37,683 nucleotides of DNA from Candidatus Iainarchaeum sp. Lineage in GTDB: Archaea; Iainarchaeota; Iainarchaeia; Iainarchaeales; Iainarchaeaceae. The translations under genes were made by a program, and so were the position numbers. Shown here one piece after another: positions 17,544 to 25,794 of the stretch. The stretch is taken from the NCBI GenBank assembly GCA_043812975.1, contig JBDRLP010000020.1:1-37683 (forward strand), read 5' to 3'. Under the pieces are notes generated by a model. That model was not told the DNA's origin. It saw only the letters and a program-made list of their open reading frames with translations, and did no database searches. The number at the start of each line of letters is the position of its first letter. The stretch's first letter is position 1.

Positions 17544-17770
17544 TGAAAAAACAAAGGAGTGAGATAATGGACTGGACTGAAGTGATGCTGCATCTGAGGG
17601 AGCAGGTAAACAAGCGCAAGATAGAGATACCTAACGACAAGCAGTTAATTGACAGCTTGTTGGCTGTGAAGGGCTATCCAGATGGCACAGTGAACACAGC
17701 TACAATAGATGGCCGGGTAAGATCCCTCGCATTGGCAATCTGGGCCACGAGAAAAAGGCAAAAAGAGTAG
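17543..17770 (+). CDS. 75-aa protein resembling the TerL C-terminal segment
   Basis: KRKIEIPNDKQLIDSL...IDGRVRSLALAIW parallels TerL EQKELTFPKISELVNEL...HDDCVIALALAW. Confidence 0.55.
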   Translation: MKKQRSEIMDWTEVMLHLREQVNKRKIEIPNDKQLIDSLLAVKGYPDGTVNTATIDGRVRSLALAIWATRKRQKE

Positions 17771-17793
17771 GTTTTTCAGTGGAAATGTACCAC

Positions 17794-17832
17794 CGAAAAG
17801 TATATTAATAATGGGATACATATTGGGATACA
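17794..17832 (+). promoter_or_regulatory. BRE/TATA promoter with TGGGATACA direct-repeat operator
   Basis: CGAAAAG-TATATTAA followed by TGGGATACA at 17812-17820 and 17824-17832. Confidence 0.6.
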
Positions 17833-17862
17833 GGAGAATGTTTTTTTAGAGGAGTGATTTTT

Positions 17863-18126
17863 ATGCCAAAAAAAACTTACGAACGACACATGAAGGAAGT
17901 CAATGCTCTGCCCAAAGAAGAAAGAGAGCAGGAGCTTCGGATCAGAGTCGACCAAGCAATCATCAACAAACTCAAAGAATTCAAAAAAGAGCTGGACGCG
18001 CCAAGCTATAAAAGCGCGCTGAGGACGTTGCTGGGTGTAAAAGAGAACGAGCCTGTGGTTGAAAAAGCCATCGCAAGGATACAGGAAAATATCGACAAAG
18101 AGAAAAAGCGGAAAGGGGGGAAATAA
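17863..18126 (+). CDS. RHH-like DNA-binding protein
   Basis: ELRIRVDQAIINKLKEFKKELDAPSYKSALRTLL; GGAGTGA RBS before ATG 17863. Confidence 0.6.
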   Translation: MPKKTYERHMKEVNALPKEEREQELRIRVDQAIINKLKEFKKELDAPSYKSALRTLLGVKENEPVVEKAIARIQENIDKEKKRKGGK

Positions 18127-18127
18127 G

Positions 18128-18757
18128 ATGGTCGAGTATAAAGAACTTAACGAAGCACTGCGAGGATCAGATAAGTGGGTTGATGCTCACAAACGAACTG
18201 ATGCCAGCGATGCTAATGTTTACGAGCAAGCAGCCCAAAGAATTAAAGACCTAAACGAGGTTGAAGCGGAGCAAGAACAACGGCTTACCGAGCTAGAGAT
18301 AAAACTTGAAAAGAAAAGCCGGGTTGACAGCAAAGAACAGCTTTTGAGAGAAAAGAAAATGCTAAGAAAATCCATTGCAGGGCACAAAGCAGATCTTGCT
18401 GAACTGGACAAGAAAGAGTACGAGTTGCGGGAAACGCTGGCTGGCGACTCGCGTTCGAGGAAACTCTTTCAGATCGATTCAGCCGATAGCGAGATCGGAA
18501 AGCTCAAGGCCGCTCGCATGAATGTGTACGAACGTGCACACGGTTTGGAAGACAAAGGCCCTATATCTGAGGGGCGGATGAAAGGACATTCTGTTGTAAG
18601 TGACTCTTTGAGAAACTCTGGCAGAAACCGAAGCACAAGAATAAGCGGAAAAATGCTGTGCAATGACGGCCTGGATCCTGAAGTCGATGCGTTGAAACAA
18701 AAGAGGCAGAACATTTACGAAGACGCGCAAAAGAAACGCGCGAACCGATGGAGTTGA
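18128..18757 (+). CDS. Coiled-coil protein (scaffold-like)
   Basis: Long charged heptad-rich helix; sits between terminase and a cement-like gene, where scaffolds usually lie. Confidence 0.5.
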   Translation: MVEYKELNEALRGSDKWVDAHKRTDASDANVYEQAAQRIKDLNEVEAEQEQRLTELEIKLEKKSRVDSKEQLLREKKMLRKSIAGHKADLAELDKKEYELRETLAGDSRSRKLFQIDSADSEIGKLKAARMNVYERAHGLEDKGPISEGRMKGHSVVSDSLRNSGRNRSTRISGKMLCNDGLDPEVDALKQKRQNIYEDAQKKRANRWS

Positions 18758-18763
18758 TGCGTG

Positions 18764-19213
18764 ATGCCCGAAAGTTATGACCTGAATCCTAGTAACGCCG
18801 AGAACGAGAAAGTAGCCGTTCCATCTTTCAAGATGAAGGCTGAGGAAGACATTCCTTTTGGCAAGCTCATTTCAAGAGGAGCGGCTGAAACAGTGAAGCT
18901 AACAAGCAGCAACGAAGACAAGGTTTTGGGAGTCGGGGCCCAATATGCAGCAACCCGAGTAGACAAGCCAACAGGATACAACAAGAGCCAAGAGGTTATA
19001 GTGAAGGCCTTGCTCCCTGGCAAAATCTATCTTTTGTGTGCTGCAATAGCAGTCGGCAACGATGAATATGTATGCTGCACAGCTGATGGCAACATTGAAG
19101 AAATTAAGCCAGATCCAGAGAACAGTTACAAAATAATCGGAGTGAGTTTAGAGTCCATTGAGGCTGGTGCTTGGGGGAAAGGTTCTCATAAAGTAAAGAT
19201 AAGAAAAACTTGA
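18764..19213 (+). CDS. Capsid cement/decoration-like protein (DUF2190-like)
   Basis: KAEEDIPFGKLI...VLGVGA...EVIV...IAVGNDEYV..ADG...IIGVSLE repeated beta pattern typical of head decoration proteins. Confidence 0.55.
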   Translation: MPESYDLNPSNAENEKVAVPSFKMKAEEDIPFGKLISRGAAETVKLTSSNEDKVLGVGAQYAATRVDKPTGYNKSQEVIVKALLPGKIYLLCAAIAVGNDEYVCCTADGNIEEIKPDPENSYKIIGVSLESIEAGAWGKGSHKVKIRKT

Positions 19214-19234
19214 CGTAGGTGGTGGCAACTTGGT

Positions 19235-19573
19235 TCATTCAAAATCTTTTTTTCTTAGTGGAACTCCCCATTGAACAGAAAAATTTGCTCTTTCGAGGAC
19301 TTCTACTTTCGAAAACACTTTTAGTTTAGGGCTTGTCTTTATACTGTGGACGATATATAAAAACCAGTTCGGTTGTTTTTGAAGCGCTTTGATATTGTTT
19401 TCATTTAATAGGACAAACCCGTTTTTACCGCCCAAGCCTTTTACTTCTATTTGTCTATCATCGGACAAGATATCGTAACCACTTCCTTGTTTTAGCTCTT
19501 TTGGTTTTCTTCCTTGTTCCTTCTCATAAGCTAGAACAAATTCAATGGCTTTTCTTTCAACTTCTCTTTTCAT
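19235..19573 (-). CDS. DUF3883 (NOV C-terminal-like) PD-(D/E)xK nuclease domain protein
   Basis: VERKAIEFVLAYE...GYDILS..RQIEVKG...LNENN...WFLYIV. Confidence 0.8.
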   Translation of the reverse strand: MKREVERKAIEFVLAYEKEQGRKPKELKQGSGYDILSDDRQIEVKGLGGKNGFVLLNENNIKALQKQPNWFLYIVHSIKTSPKLKVFSKVEVLERANFSVQWGVPLRKKDFE

Positions 19574-20579
19574 GTTTATCACTTGAAATTTCTTCAGATT
19601 GCTTGTCCAATTTTCTGACAATCTCAAGTTCCTGTTCAATGTTCTTTTCAAGGTCGTTGTAGGTTAGTATTTGAATGTGCGGCCTGAGATGGAAATTAAT
19701 CTCTCTGAGCAGGCGTTGTTCCTCTTCCAGCAGGTTATAGCCAATCACAATGTAGCCGGTTGCTTTCTGGACGCCATAGGTTCCCTCTTCATTGATATTA
19801 CTATAAACGTCAGTTTTCCTTAGGTAAACTATTAGCTCACTCAGGCCATCTGCAAGTTCCGAGGACATTCCGAGCCGCTGGGTTTTTGTCCTTCTCACAA
19901 ATGGTTTGACATGCGGGCTTTTGAATTCGAAGACCCTGTCTTGGTTGTACTTAGTTTTTACGTGCATGTCAACCTGTGCCTGTGCATCAATGTTCAGGTT
20001 CTTTGCTTCAACCGAGCACTCAAGACCAAGTAGCCAAGAACATTGCTTTATTTTTTCCTTTATGTCATCTTCTTTTCCTTTTCCTTCTTTTATGCTTTCT
20101 TCGATCATTGATTTAAAGCTGTCAAAGTCTTTTTTAAAGTCCTCTGCTTTGCCCTTGACTTTCTTTGCTAGCTCAAGCTTTTTCTGGTAATCCTCGCTTT
20201 TCTGCATTTCCTTGTCAAGCTTTTGTTTTGTAACCGCCAGCTCTTCAGTCAAGGAATCAAGCTTTGTTTCCAAGTACTCTATTTTTTCATCTCCTGTGCG
20301 GATTCTCTTCCCAAACAGGTTGAAGTAGAGTTTCTTGACAGTTTTCAAAAACCAGCTAAGCCAAGATGGCAGGTCAAGGTCTTCATCAATCCAGATTGTT
20401 CTACCATAACGCGGGTTCTTCATGTAATCGACTTTTTTCCCCATTCTAAAGGCAATGCCACGCGTGCCATCCTTTCTTTCAAGTATTGTTGCTTCACTGA
20501 CTTTGTTGTCAGATTCCCATACTTCTGATTCTCCTAACGCCTTGAAAACAGGCTGTTTTTTCTCTTTTGGCTTTGTCAT
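19557..20579 (-). CDS. Shedu (SduA/DUF4263)-like nuclease with coiled-coil N-terminal region
   Basis: WLLG...VDM...FEFKSP...ELADGLSEL..Y...GYIVIG...LREIN...IQILTYNDL C-terminal pattern. Confidence 0.7.
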   Translation of the reverse strand: MTKPKEKKQPVFKALGESEVWESDNKVSEATILERKDGTRGIAFRMGKKVDYMKNPRYGRTIWIDEDLDLPSWLSWFLKTVKKLYFNLFGKRIRTGDEKIEYLETKLDSLTEELAVTKQKLDKEMQKSEDYQKKLELAKKVKGKAEDFKKDFDSFKSMIEESIKEGKGKEDDIKEKIKQCSWLLGLECSVEAKNLNIDAQAQVDMHVKTKYNQDRVFEFKSPHVKPFVRRTKTQRLGMSSELADGLSELIVYLRKTDVYSNINEEGTYGVQKATGYIVIGYNLLEEEQRLLREINFHLRPHIQILTYNDLEKNIEQELEIVRKLDKQSEEISSDKHEKRS

Positions 20580-20757
20580 AGGAAACTCCACATTGCTATT
20601 TATTTACCTCATAGAAACTTTTAAAACAACAATCAGGCCGTATTGTTAGTATGATTGAAAGACAGTGCGATTGCGGAAAAACAGTCAAAGCGCATAGCGA
20701 AAATCAGATGCAGACTAATTGGTATATTCACATTACTTGCCACAAAAATCACTTGTG

Positions 20758-21024
20758 ATGAACATGAACGAAAGGCAATGGGAAGTATTGGCAATAGCCC
20801 TTTTTTTACTGGGTTTTATATTTATATTCCAAGACAACACAATGTCCCTCCCTTGTCTCAATAACTTTGAAGAGCAATTAAATGATCAAAATCTGTTCCT
20901 GAACTGTACAATCCTTTCAGAAATCTATGACCCATTCATATGGCTTACTTTCATTCTTGGAATAACCTTTGCAGTCTGCGCATGGTTTGAAAAGCTTGAA
21001 AGAAACAAAAGCAAAATAGCTTGA
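20758..21024 (+). CDS. Small two-TM membrane protein
   Basis: Two hydrophobic helices with a Cys pair in the loop. Confidence 0.55.
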   Translation: MNMNERQWEVLAIALFLLGFIFIFQDNTMSLPCLNNFEEQLNDQNLFLNCTILSEIYDPFIWLTFILGITFAVCAWFEKLERNKSKIA

Positions 21025-21086
21025 AAGGCAAGCCTGCTTAAACAATTCTTTATAAATGTAATCAAATACAATTATTTTGAGAATCT

Positions 21087-21812
21087 ATGACCCTGATTGT
21101 TTGCGCTAAAGGTATTGATGGGATGGTTTTTGCTTCAGATAGCAGAGGAACTTTTGGCGATCCAAGAGGCATAACAGCCAGAAACGACACTATGCGCAAA
21201 ATATTCAAACTGAATAATCAATGTATATTATTAATGTCAGGCTCAGCAGAGCTTGGAGAAACAATATTGGAAGAAATTCAGAGACAGATTTCTACCCAAA
21301 AGTTAAAAAATATAGATAAAGTAGTTGAGTGCGCTGTGAATAAATTCCGAGCGAAATATAATGAATGGTTTCCACAATTTCAGCCGAACCAAAGACCCAT
21401 GTTAGGTATTATTATCGGAGGATATGAAGTCGATAAAAAGAAGAAGCAATCTTGTAAGCCAAAAATTTTTTCAATGATGAGCCCATTAAATTTTGCACCT
21501 GGCTTACACAACTACGGGTTTGCTCTACATGGCGTTCCACAATATGCATTATACTTGTTGAATACGCTTTACTCTGACCGAATGAAAATAAATCAATTAA
21601 AACAACTGCTGGCGTATGTTATAACAGAGACCGCTTCGCAAGATGGAAAAGTAGGGGGCCCAATTCAGATGGCGGTTCTCAAAAAGGATGATTGTACGAT
21701 TCTATCAAGAAAGGAAATCGAAAGAATTATTAAGAGGAATGAGGCTAATAAAGTCAGACTTAGAAAATTATTTTTTGGTGAAAAAAAGCATGGAAAAAAA
21801 GGAAAAAATTAG
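21087..21812 (+). CDS. Proteasome-beta/HslV-like Ntn hydrolase without propeptide
   Basis: M-T1-LIV...ASDSR (Asp17/Arg19)...RKIFKL...MSG...QDGKVGGPIQMAV. Confidence 0.82.
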   Translation: MTLIVCAKGIDGMVFASDSRGTFGDPRGITARNDTMRKIFKLNNQCILLMSGSAELGETILEEIQRQISTQKLKNIDKVVECAVNKFRAKYNEWFPQFQPNQRPMLGIIIGGYEVDKKKKQSCKPKIFSMMSPLNFAPGLHNYGFALHGVPQYALYLLNTLYSDRMKINQLKQLLAYVITETASQDGKVGGPIQMAVLKKDDCTILSRKEIERIIKRNEANKVRLRKLFFGEKKHGKKGKN

Positions 21813-21930
21813 GATAATTAAAGGGCCTCTCCCATACGCAAAAGGAGACCTAAAAAAAGTGTCCAACAAAGAGTATGAAACTTATTACAAATTCTTCGAA
21901 ATAACTACCAGGCTAGATATAGTAGAGTGA
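21790..21930 (+). CDS. 46-aa hypothetical peptide overlapping the Ntn hydrolase stop
   Basis: ATG 21790 preceded by GGTGA; MEKKEKIRIIKGPLPYAKGDL... Confidence 0.4.
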   Translation: MEKKEKIRIIKGPLPYAKGDLKKVSNKEYETYYKFFEITTRLDIVE

Positions 21931-21960
21931 TTATTTTCTAAAATTTAATTACCTTCTTTT

Positions 21961-23259
21961 TTATTTTGCTTTAGCAGCCAATATTTTTGCTATTTCTCCT
22001 AGGTCCACTCCTTTCTTTTCAAGCTCTTGATTTATCATTTCCTGCAACTTGTTCATGTGCTCTGCTTTCTTTTCCATCGCCTTGAGCTGCTCAATATGCA
22101 GGGGCTTGCCGCACTTGTTGCAGTATTCGCTGGATTTGATGTTTTGAGCAGAGCAGAAAGGACAGTTAATGGTCTGGCTTGTCAGGGGCTCGTCCTCTTT
22201 CTTGTCCGGCTTCCAGATTCCCTTTTCGACCAGGATTTCTTTTTTCAGGTTTTGGTTTGCGAAGTGAACATAGATTGATGGCATTGTGCTTTGCTTGCTC
22301 CAACCGTACTTGATGCGGAGCTTTGCTTCGTTGTATCCTTTGACTGTGTCCCTCGTTGCAGCGCTGTGCCTGAAGCCATGAGTCCAAACTCTCTTCTTTA
22401 TATTCGCTCTTTTTGCTATGTATTTCAATCGTATGTTTAGCAGGTCACGGGAAAGAACTTTGTCGCCTATCTTTTTATGTGGTCCTAAACCGCCTCGAAC
22501 GAAAGCAAGCCAGATATAGTCTTGTAGGTTCTTTGGAACTTGCCTTTTTCTTTCCTCCAGTTCGAAGAGCCATGCTTCCAGAAATGGCTTGCTCTCAACA
22601 AGAATAACTTCTCGTTTCCCTGTTTTGCCATCAACTTCGAATTCGAGATAGTTCTCTTTTATTTTAAGATCTGATTTTTTCATGTCAAGCAGTTCGGAAG
22701 CACGCAAGCCGTATTCCCATAGGACGGCAATCAGTGCTTTGTCTCTTGTGGTCTTTGCGCTTTTGAGCATCCTGCTTACTTCTTCTGCTGTAAGGATTTC
22801 CTTTTTGAATTTGTCCCAAGACTTGCCGTTTTTGTTTCCAAGACGTTTTATCCAGCGAACTGATTCTGGTGGAGTATCATCGCTTTCCTTGCCGAACAGC
22901 CATCTGTAGAATGTTTTGACTGCGGCCTTCATCTGCCAGAGAGTATTCTCGCTGTAGGATTCAATAGGGATTTTAATTACTGCCCCGTGCTGTGTTTTCA
23001 GAATCCTATCTTCTGGTTTGAGGTTGTTGAAGAAGGAAACCATTTCGGTTTTGCTGATTGCTTCAAACTTTTTCTTTGGAAAGGCTTCGCCTAAGCGGAC
23101 AAGAATGCGTATAACGTAGGGATAGCTTGTTTTCTTTACTCCTTGGGCTACCTTTTCATCAAAGTATTCTTGAACCTTGCGTTTATTGCACGGCAGCATG
23201 CAAGAATTAGCGAGCTTTTTGAGGGCCGATTCAACGTTATAGTTGTCTTTTGCGTTCAT
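21961..23259 (-). CDS. int: Tyrosine recombinase/integrase with C-terminal zinc ribbon
   Basis: GLRASEL (R), DGKTG (K), HGFRH (HxxR), GW...MPSIYVH (W, Y); CPFC...CNKCG; starts 70 bp from the attR repeat. Confidence 0.93.
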   Translation of the reverse strand: MNAKDNYNVESALKKLANSCMLPCNKRKVQEYFDEKVAQGVKKTSYPYVIRILVRLGEAFPKKKFEAISKTEMVSFFNNLKPEDRILKTQHGAVIKIPIESYSENTLWQMKAAVKTFYRWLFGKESDDTPPESVRWIKRLGNKNGKSWDKFKKEILTAEEVSRMLKSAKTTRDKALIAVLWEYGLRASELLDMKKSDLKIKENYLEFEVDGKTGKREVILVESKPFLEAWLFELEERKRQVPKNLQDYIWLAFVRGGLGPHKKIGDKVLSRDLLNIRLKYIAKRANIKKRVWTHGFRHSAATRDTVKGYNEAKLRIKYGWSKQSTMPSIYVHFANQNLKKEILVEKGIWKPDKKEDEPLTSQTINCPFCSAQNIKSSEYCNKCGKPLHIEQLKAMEKKAEHMNKLQEMINQELEKKGVDLGEIAKILAAKAK

Positions 23260-23321
23260 GCTTAACTATAGTTTGGCATGAAAGTCTTTTTAAATATAAC
23301 TATATCTTCTATGTTGTCCTA

Positions 23322-23347
23322 TAGTTGATAACCTCATCATTGCCTAT
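23322..23347 (+). repeat. attR-like site (site 2)
   Basis: TAGTTGATAA-CCTCA-TCATTGCCTA; 19-bp identity with site 1; 23301-23324 is an inverted copy of 11122-11145. Confidence 0.85.
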
Positions 23348-23392
23348 AGATGTGTAGTTGTACTGTTACTTTAACAAGTTTGTGTGAACTGC

Positions 23393-23848
23393 TTACTCTA
23401 GGCTGAATATGATGCTTATTTCAGTGTACCCAGAATTCTCTTCGCTAGCTGCAATAGTGACAATAGTAGTCCCTCGCCCTGCTTTCTCTGCTGCAATCAT
23501 TCCCATACTGGAACTTATTACTGTCCAACCATTTGTTGGCAACTGTGTCTCGTAAAAAGCTTCAACTGTGTCAGTACTTGCCGAGGTTAGATAGACGACG
23601 ATAATATTTCCCGGAGCTGCTCCTGGTATAGGTCCATGGTGGATTCTGACTGACCCAGAGTATCGTGGTATATCTGAGATGTCTTCCCCTACAACGTCTG
23701 CTGTTGGTATTTGTTGTCCTACCTGCTGCAGAGTAAATGAGGGAGCCCCTCCTAGTCCTTCGCCTTCTGGTTGAGTGCATCCACTGATAAGAATAGTTCC
23801 AATAACTGCTAGTACAAAAATTCCCGGAACTAATATTTTGTTTTTCAT
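23393..23848 (-). CDS. Lipoprotein flanked by att-like sites
   Basis: Lipobox ISGC; DIPRYSGS...VEAFYETQL..NGW pattern. Confidence 0.75.
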   Translation of the reverse strand: MKNKILVPGIFVLAVIGTILISGCTQPEGEGLGGAPSFTLQQVGQQIPTADVVGEDISDIPRYSGSVRIHHGPIPGAAPGNIIVVYLTSASTDTVEAFYETQLPTNGWTVISSSMGMIAAEKAGRGTTIVTIAASEENSGYTEISIIFSLE

Positions 23849-23930
23849 GATAAGTTACATGGTTTTAATCCTTAAAAACATTTTGATTTTAGCTAAGGGT
23901 TGAGTTGTATAACCCTTCCCGAAGGCCATA

Positions 23931-23954
23931 AGGCGTTAACCTCATCATCGCCTA
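23931..23954 (+). repeat. Third att-like site (site 3)
   Basis: AGGCGTTAACCTCATCATCGCCTA, 23/24 identical to 11101-11124. Confidence 0.85.
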
Positions 23955-23972
23955 AGATATGAGGGGGTGTTG

Positions 23973-25076
23973 CTAATCGTTTTCAATAACAATTGTTTCA
24001 GCCGGATAGTCGGGATTTATATCAAATTCTATATCGATGTTTTCCATGCTGTTGTTTCTAAGGATTACTTTTCCTTCTGCCTCTTCATACAGGGAATTTC
24101 CAAGAAAAAGGATTGCAGTTGAAAGTTTTTCAAAAACATTATCTTCAATAGTTGGATATGCGTTTTTATATACAACAATGCCAAGTCTTCCTTTGAAAGG
24201 ATCTGGTTGTATCTCTGGATTTTCCACGTGGAAATAATTTCCTTTGATTATAGCAGAACCGCCTGCATAATCAATCCCTTCATGACCGCAATTGTATATC
24301 TCATTATCTAATATCTGCGGACTGACTTGATTAGAATGGCCAACACAAATACAACAGGTTAAACTATTTCTAATAATATTATTAGATAAAACAACATCAG
24401 AACTATGTTGAATCTGAATATTTCCTTGGGCGTATTCAACAATTGCATATTCTAATCTTCCATGAACGATATCTATTCCTCTCCAATCATGAGTTGTAGG
24501 ATTTTCACTGTCAGAAGTAAATATAATCCTGTTATCAGCAGTCCCAACTGCATTTAATGTACCTCCTATGTAAATAGTAATTTTTTCTTTTTCATAAAAA
24601 GGAGGATCCTTAGGAAAATTATTTGGATCAGTTATTGGCTCATCACTTCCTTTATGTTGATCATCAGTTAAAGCTACTTTAATTACAGTTCCGGGTAATA
24701 TTGTTAAATTTACTCCTTCTATCACATCTATATCTCCTGTAACATGACTTGTCCCGCCCCCTACTTCATCTTTATTTAAAACACCGCTTTTTACACAGTC
24801 ATCTGCACATTCTTCATAAGTTTCTCCAGGTTCGCATATACCATTTCCGCAGCAAGGAGCTATTTGAGAATAAGAACAATTATAATCAATACAATCTTTG
24901 GTAAAACAAGTCTTATCTGGGCAATCTTCTTTAATGTTGCATTCTTTTTCTTCTGTAACTTTACTTATTATTTCAGGGCTGCTTTCTTCCCCGAGTTTCC
25001 CTGTTTCTTTTACACATCCGCTTAACAAAAAAACCGTAGCGAGTAATCCTATTAAAAGAATCTTTTGCATATACAA
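23973..25076 (-). CDS. Lipoprotein with Cys-rich module and parallel beta-helix repeats
   Basis: Lipobox LSGC; CCGNGICEPGETYEECADDC; LTILPGTVI...GTADNRIIFTS...WRGI; NNIIRN/DNEIYN/DNVFE repeats. Confidence 0.8.
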   Translation of the reverse strand: MYMQKILLIGLLATVFLLSGCVKETGKLGEESSPEIISKVTEEKECNIKEDCPDKTCFTKDCIDYNCSYSQIAPCCGNGICEPGETYEECADDCVKSGVLNKDEVGGGTSHVTGDIDVIEGVNLTILPGTVIKVALTDDQHKGSDEPITDPNNFPKDPPFYEKEKITIYIGGTLNAVGTADNRIIFTSDSENPTTHDWRGIDIVHGRLEYAIVEYAQGNIQIQHSSDVVLSNNIIRNSLTCCICVGHSNQVSPQILDNEIYNCGHEGIDYAGGSAIIKGNYFHVENPEIQPDPFKGRLGIVVYKNAYPTIEDNVFEKLSTAILFLGNSLYEEAEGKVILRNNSMENIDIEFDINPDYPAETIVIEND

Positions 25077-25122
25077 TCTACCGCGCTGCTAACAAACAAT
25101 TCTAAAATGCGACTTATTTAAA

Positions 25123-25794
25123 TTACTTGCCCTGCGTGCTCTGCAAACAGTTTTGTTTTTGATCGCTGTTTGTTATGTTGTCGCAGTACGAAGGATCGTT
25201 GAAGCGGCGTGCCATATCCAAATAGCAGTTATCCTTTTGGTTAAGATTTTGCATTTCACCGCAGAGAGTTGCTTCCCCTAGCTGATTAGCTAGATTGTTA
25301 TAGCAATTATCTTTAGTGTTGATATTCTTAATTTTACCGCAGACGGAACCGTCCATTTTATTCTGTGCATACTGCTGATAACATTGGTCTTCTTCGGGTG
25401 CTGCTTCAAAGCATAGATCGGGGTCGCCTTTTACTCCCGCAATTATTCCATAACAGCCAGGGCGACTGTCTCTACTTACTTTTTTACACAAAGAAACGTC
25501 CTCATATTTTCCGGCAATCCCTATTATGCACATATCCTCAAGCGAAGCTTGCTGAATTACTGGCATCCCTATGCAAACTTCCAATTCTTGTTCAAGTGTC
25601 AGTTCCACTGCCTCGACTACTTCAGCAACCTCTGCTACTGGACATAGAGCTTGATCTGTTACGACTGTTCCATTAGAGCATACATACTGAGTTATTGTTA
25701 CTGGTGGTGGTTGTGCACAACCCAATAAAAATACACTTATGCCTAATATCAGAAATATATATAGTTTATTCATGAACACTTCTTTTTTATTCAT
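25123..25794 (-). CDS. Cys-rich repeat lipoprotein
   Basis: Lipobox LLGC; repeated D...C..I.....KD.CY...A units. Confidence 0.78.
   Translation of the reverse strand: MNKKEVFMNKLYIFLILGISVFLLGCAQPPPVTITQYVCSNGTVVTDQALCPVAEVAEVVEAVELTLEQELEVCIGMPVIQQASLEDMCIIGIAGKYEDVSLCKKVSRDSRPGCYGIIAGVKGDPDLCFEAAPEEDQCYQQYAQNKMDGSVCGKIKNINTKDNCYNNLANQLGEATLCGEMQNLNQKDNCYLDMARRFNDPSYCDNITNSDQKQNCLQSTQGK

Larger units (their letters stand above)
11107..23347. mobile_element. Integrated terminase-encoding element (satellite-like or defective provirus), about 12.2 kb
   Basis: 19-bp perfect direct repeats at the ends, inverted sub-terminal sequences, integrase next to the right end, TerS/TerL, divergent regulators and defence cargo. 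Confidence 0.85.
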
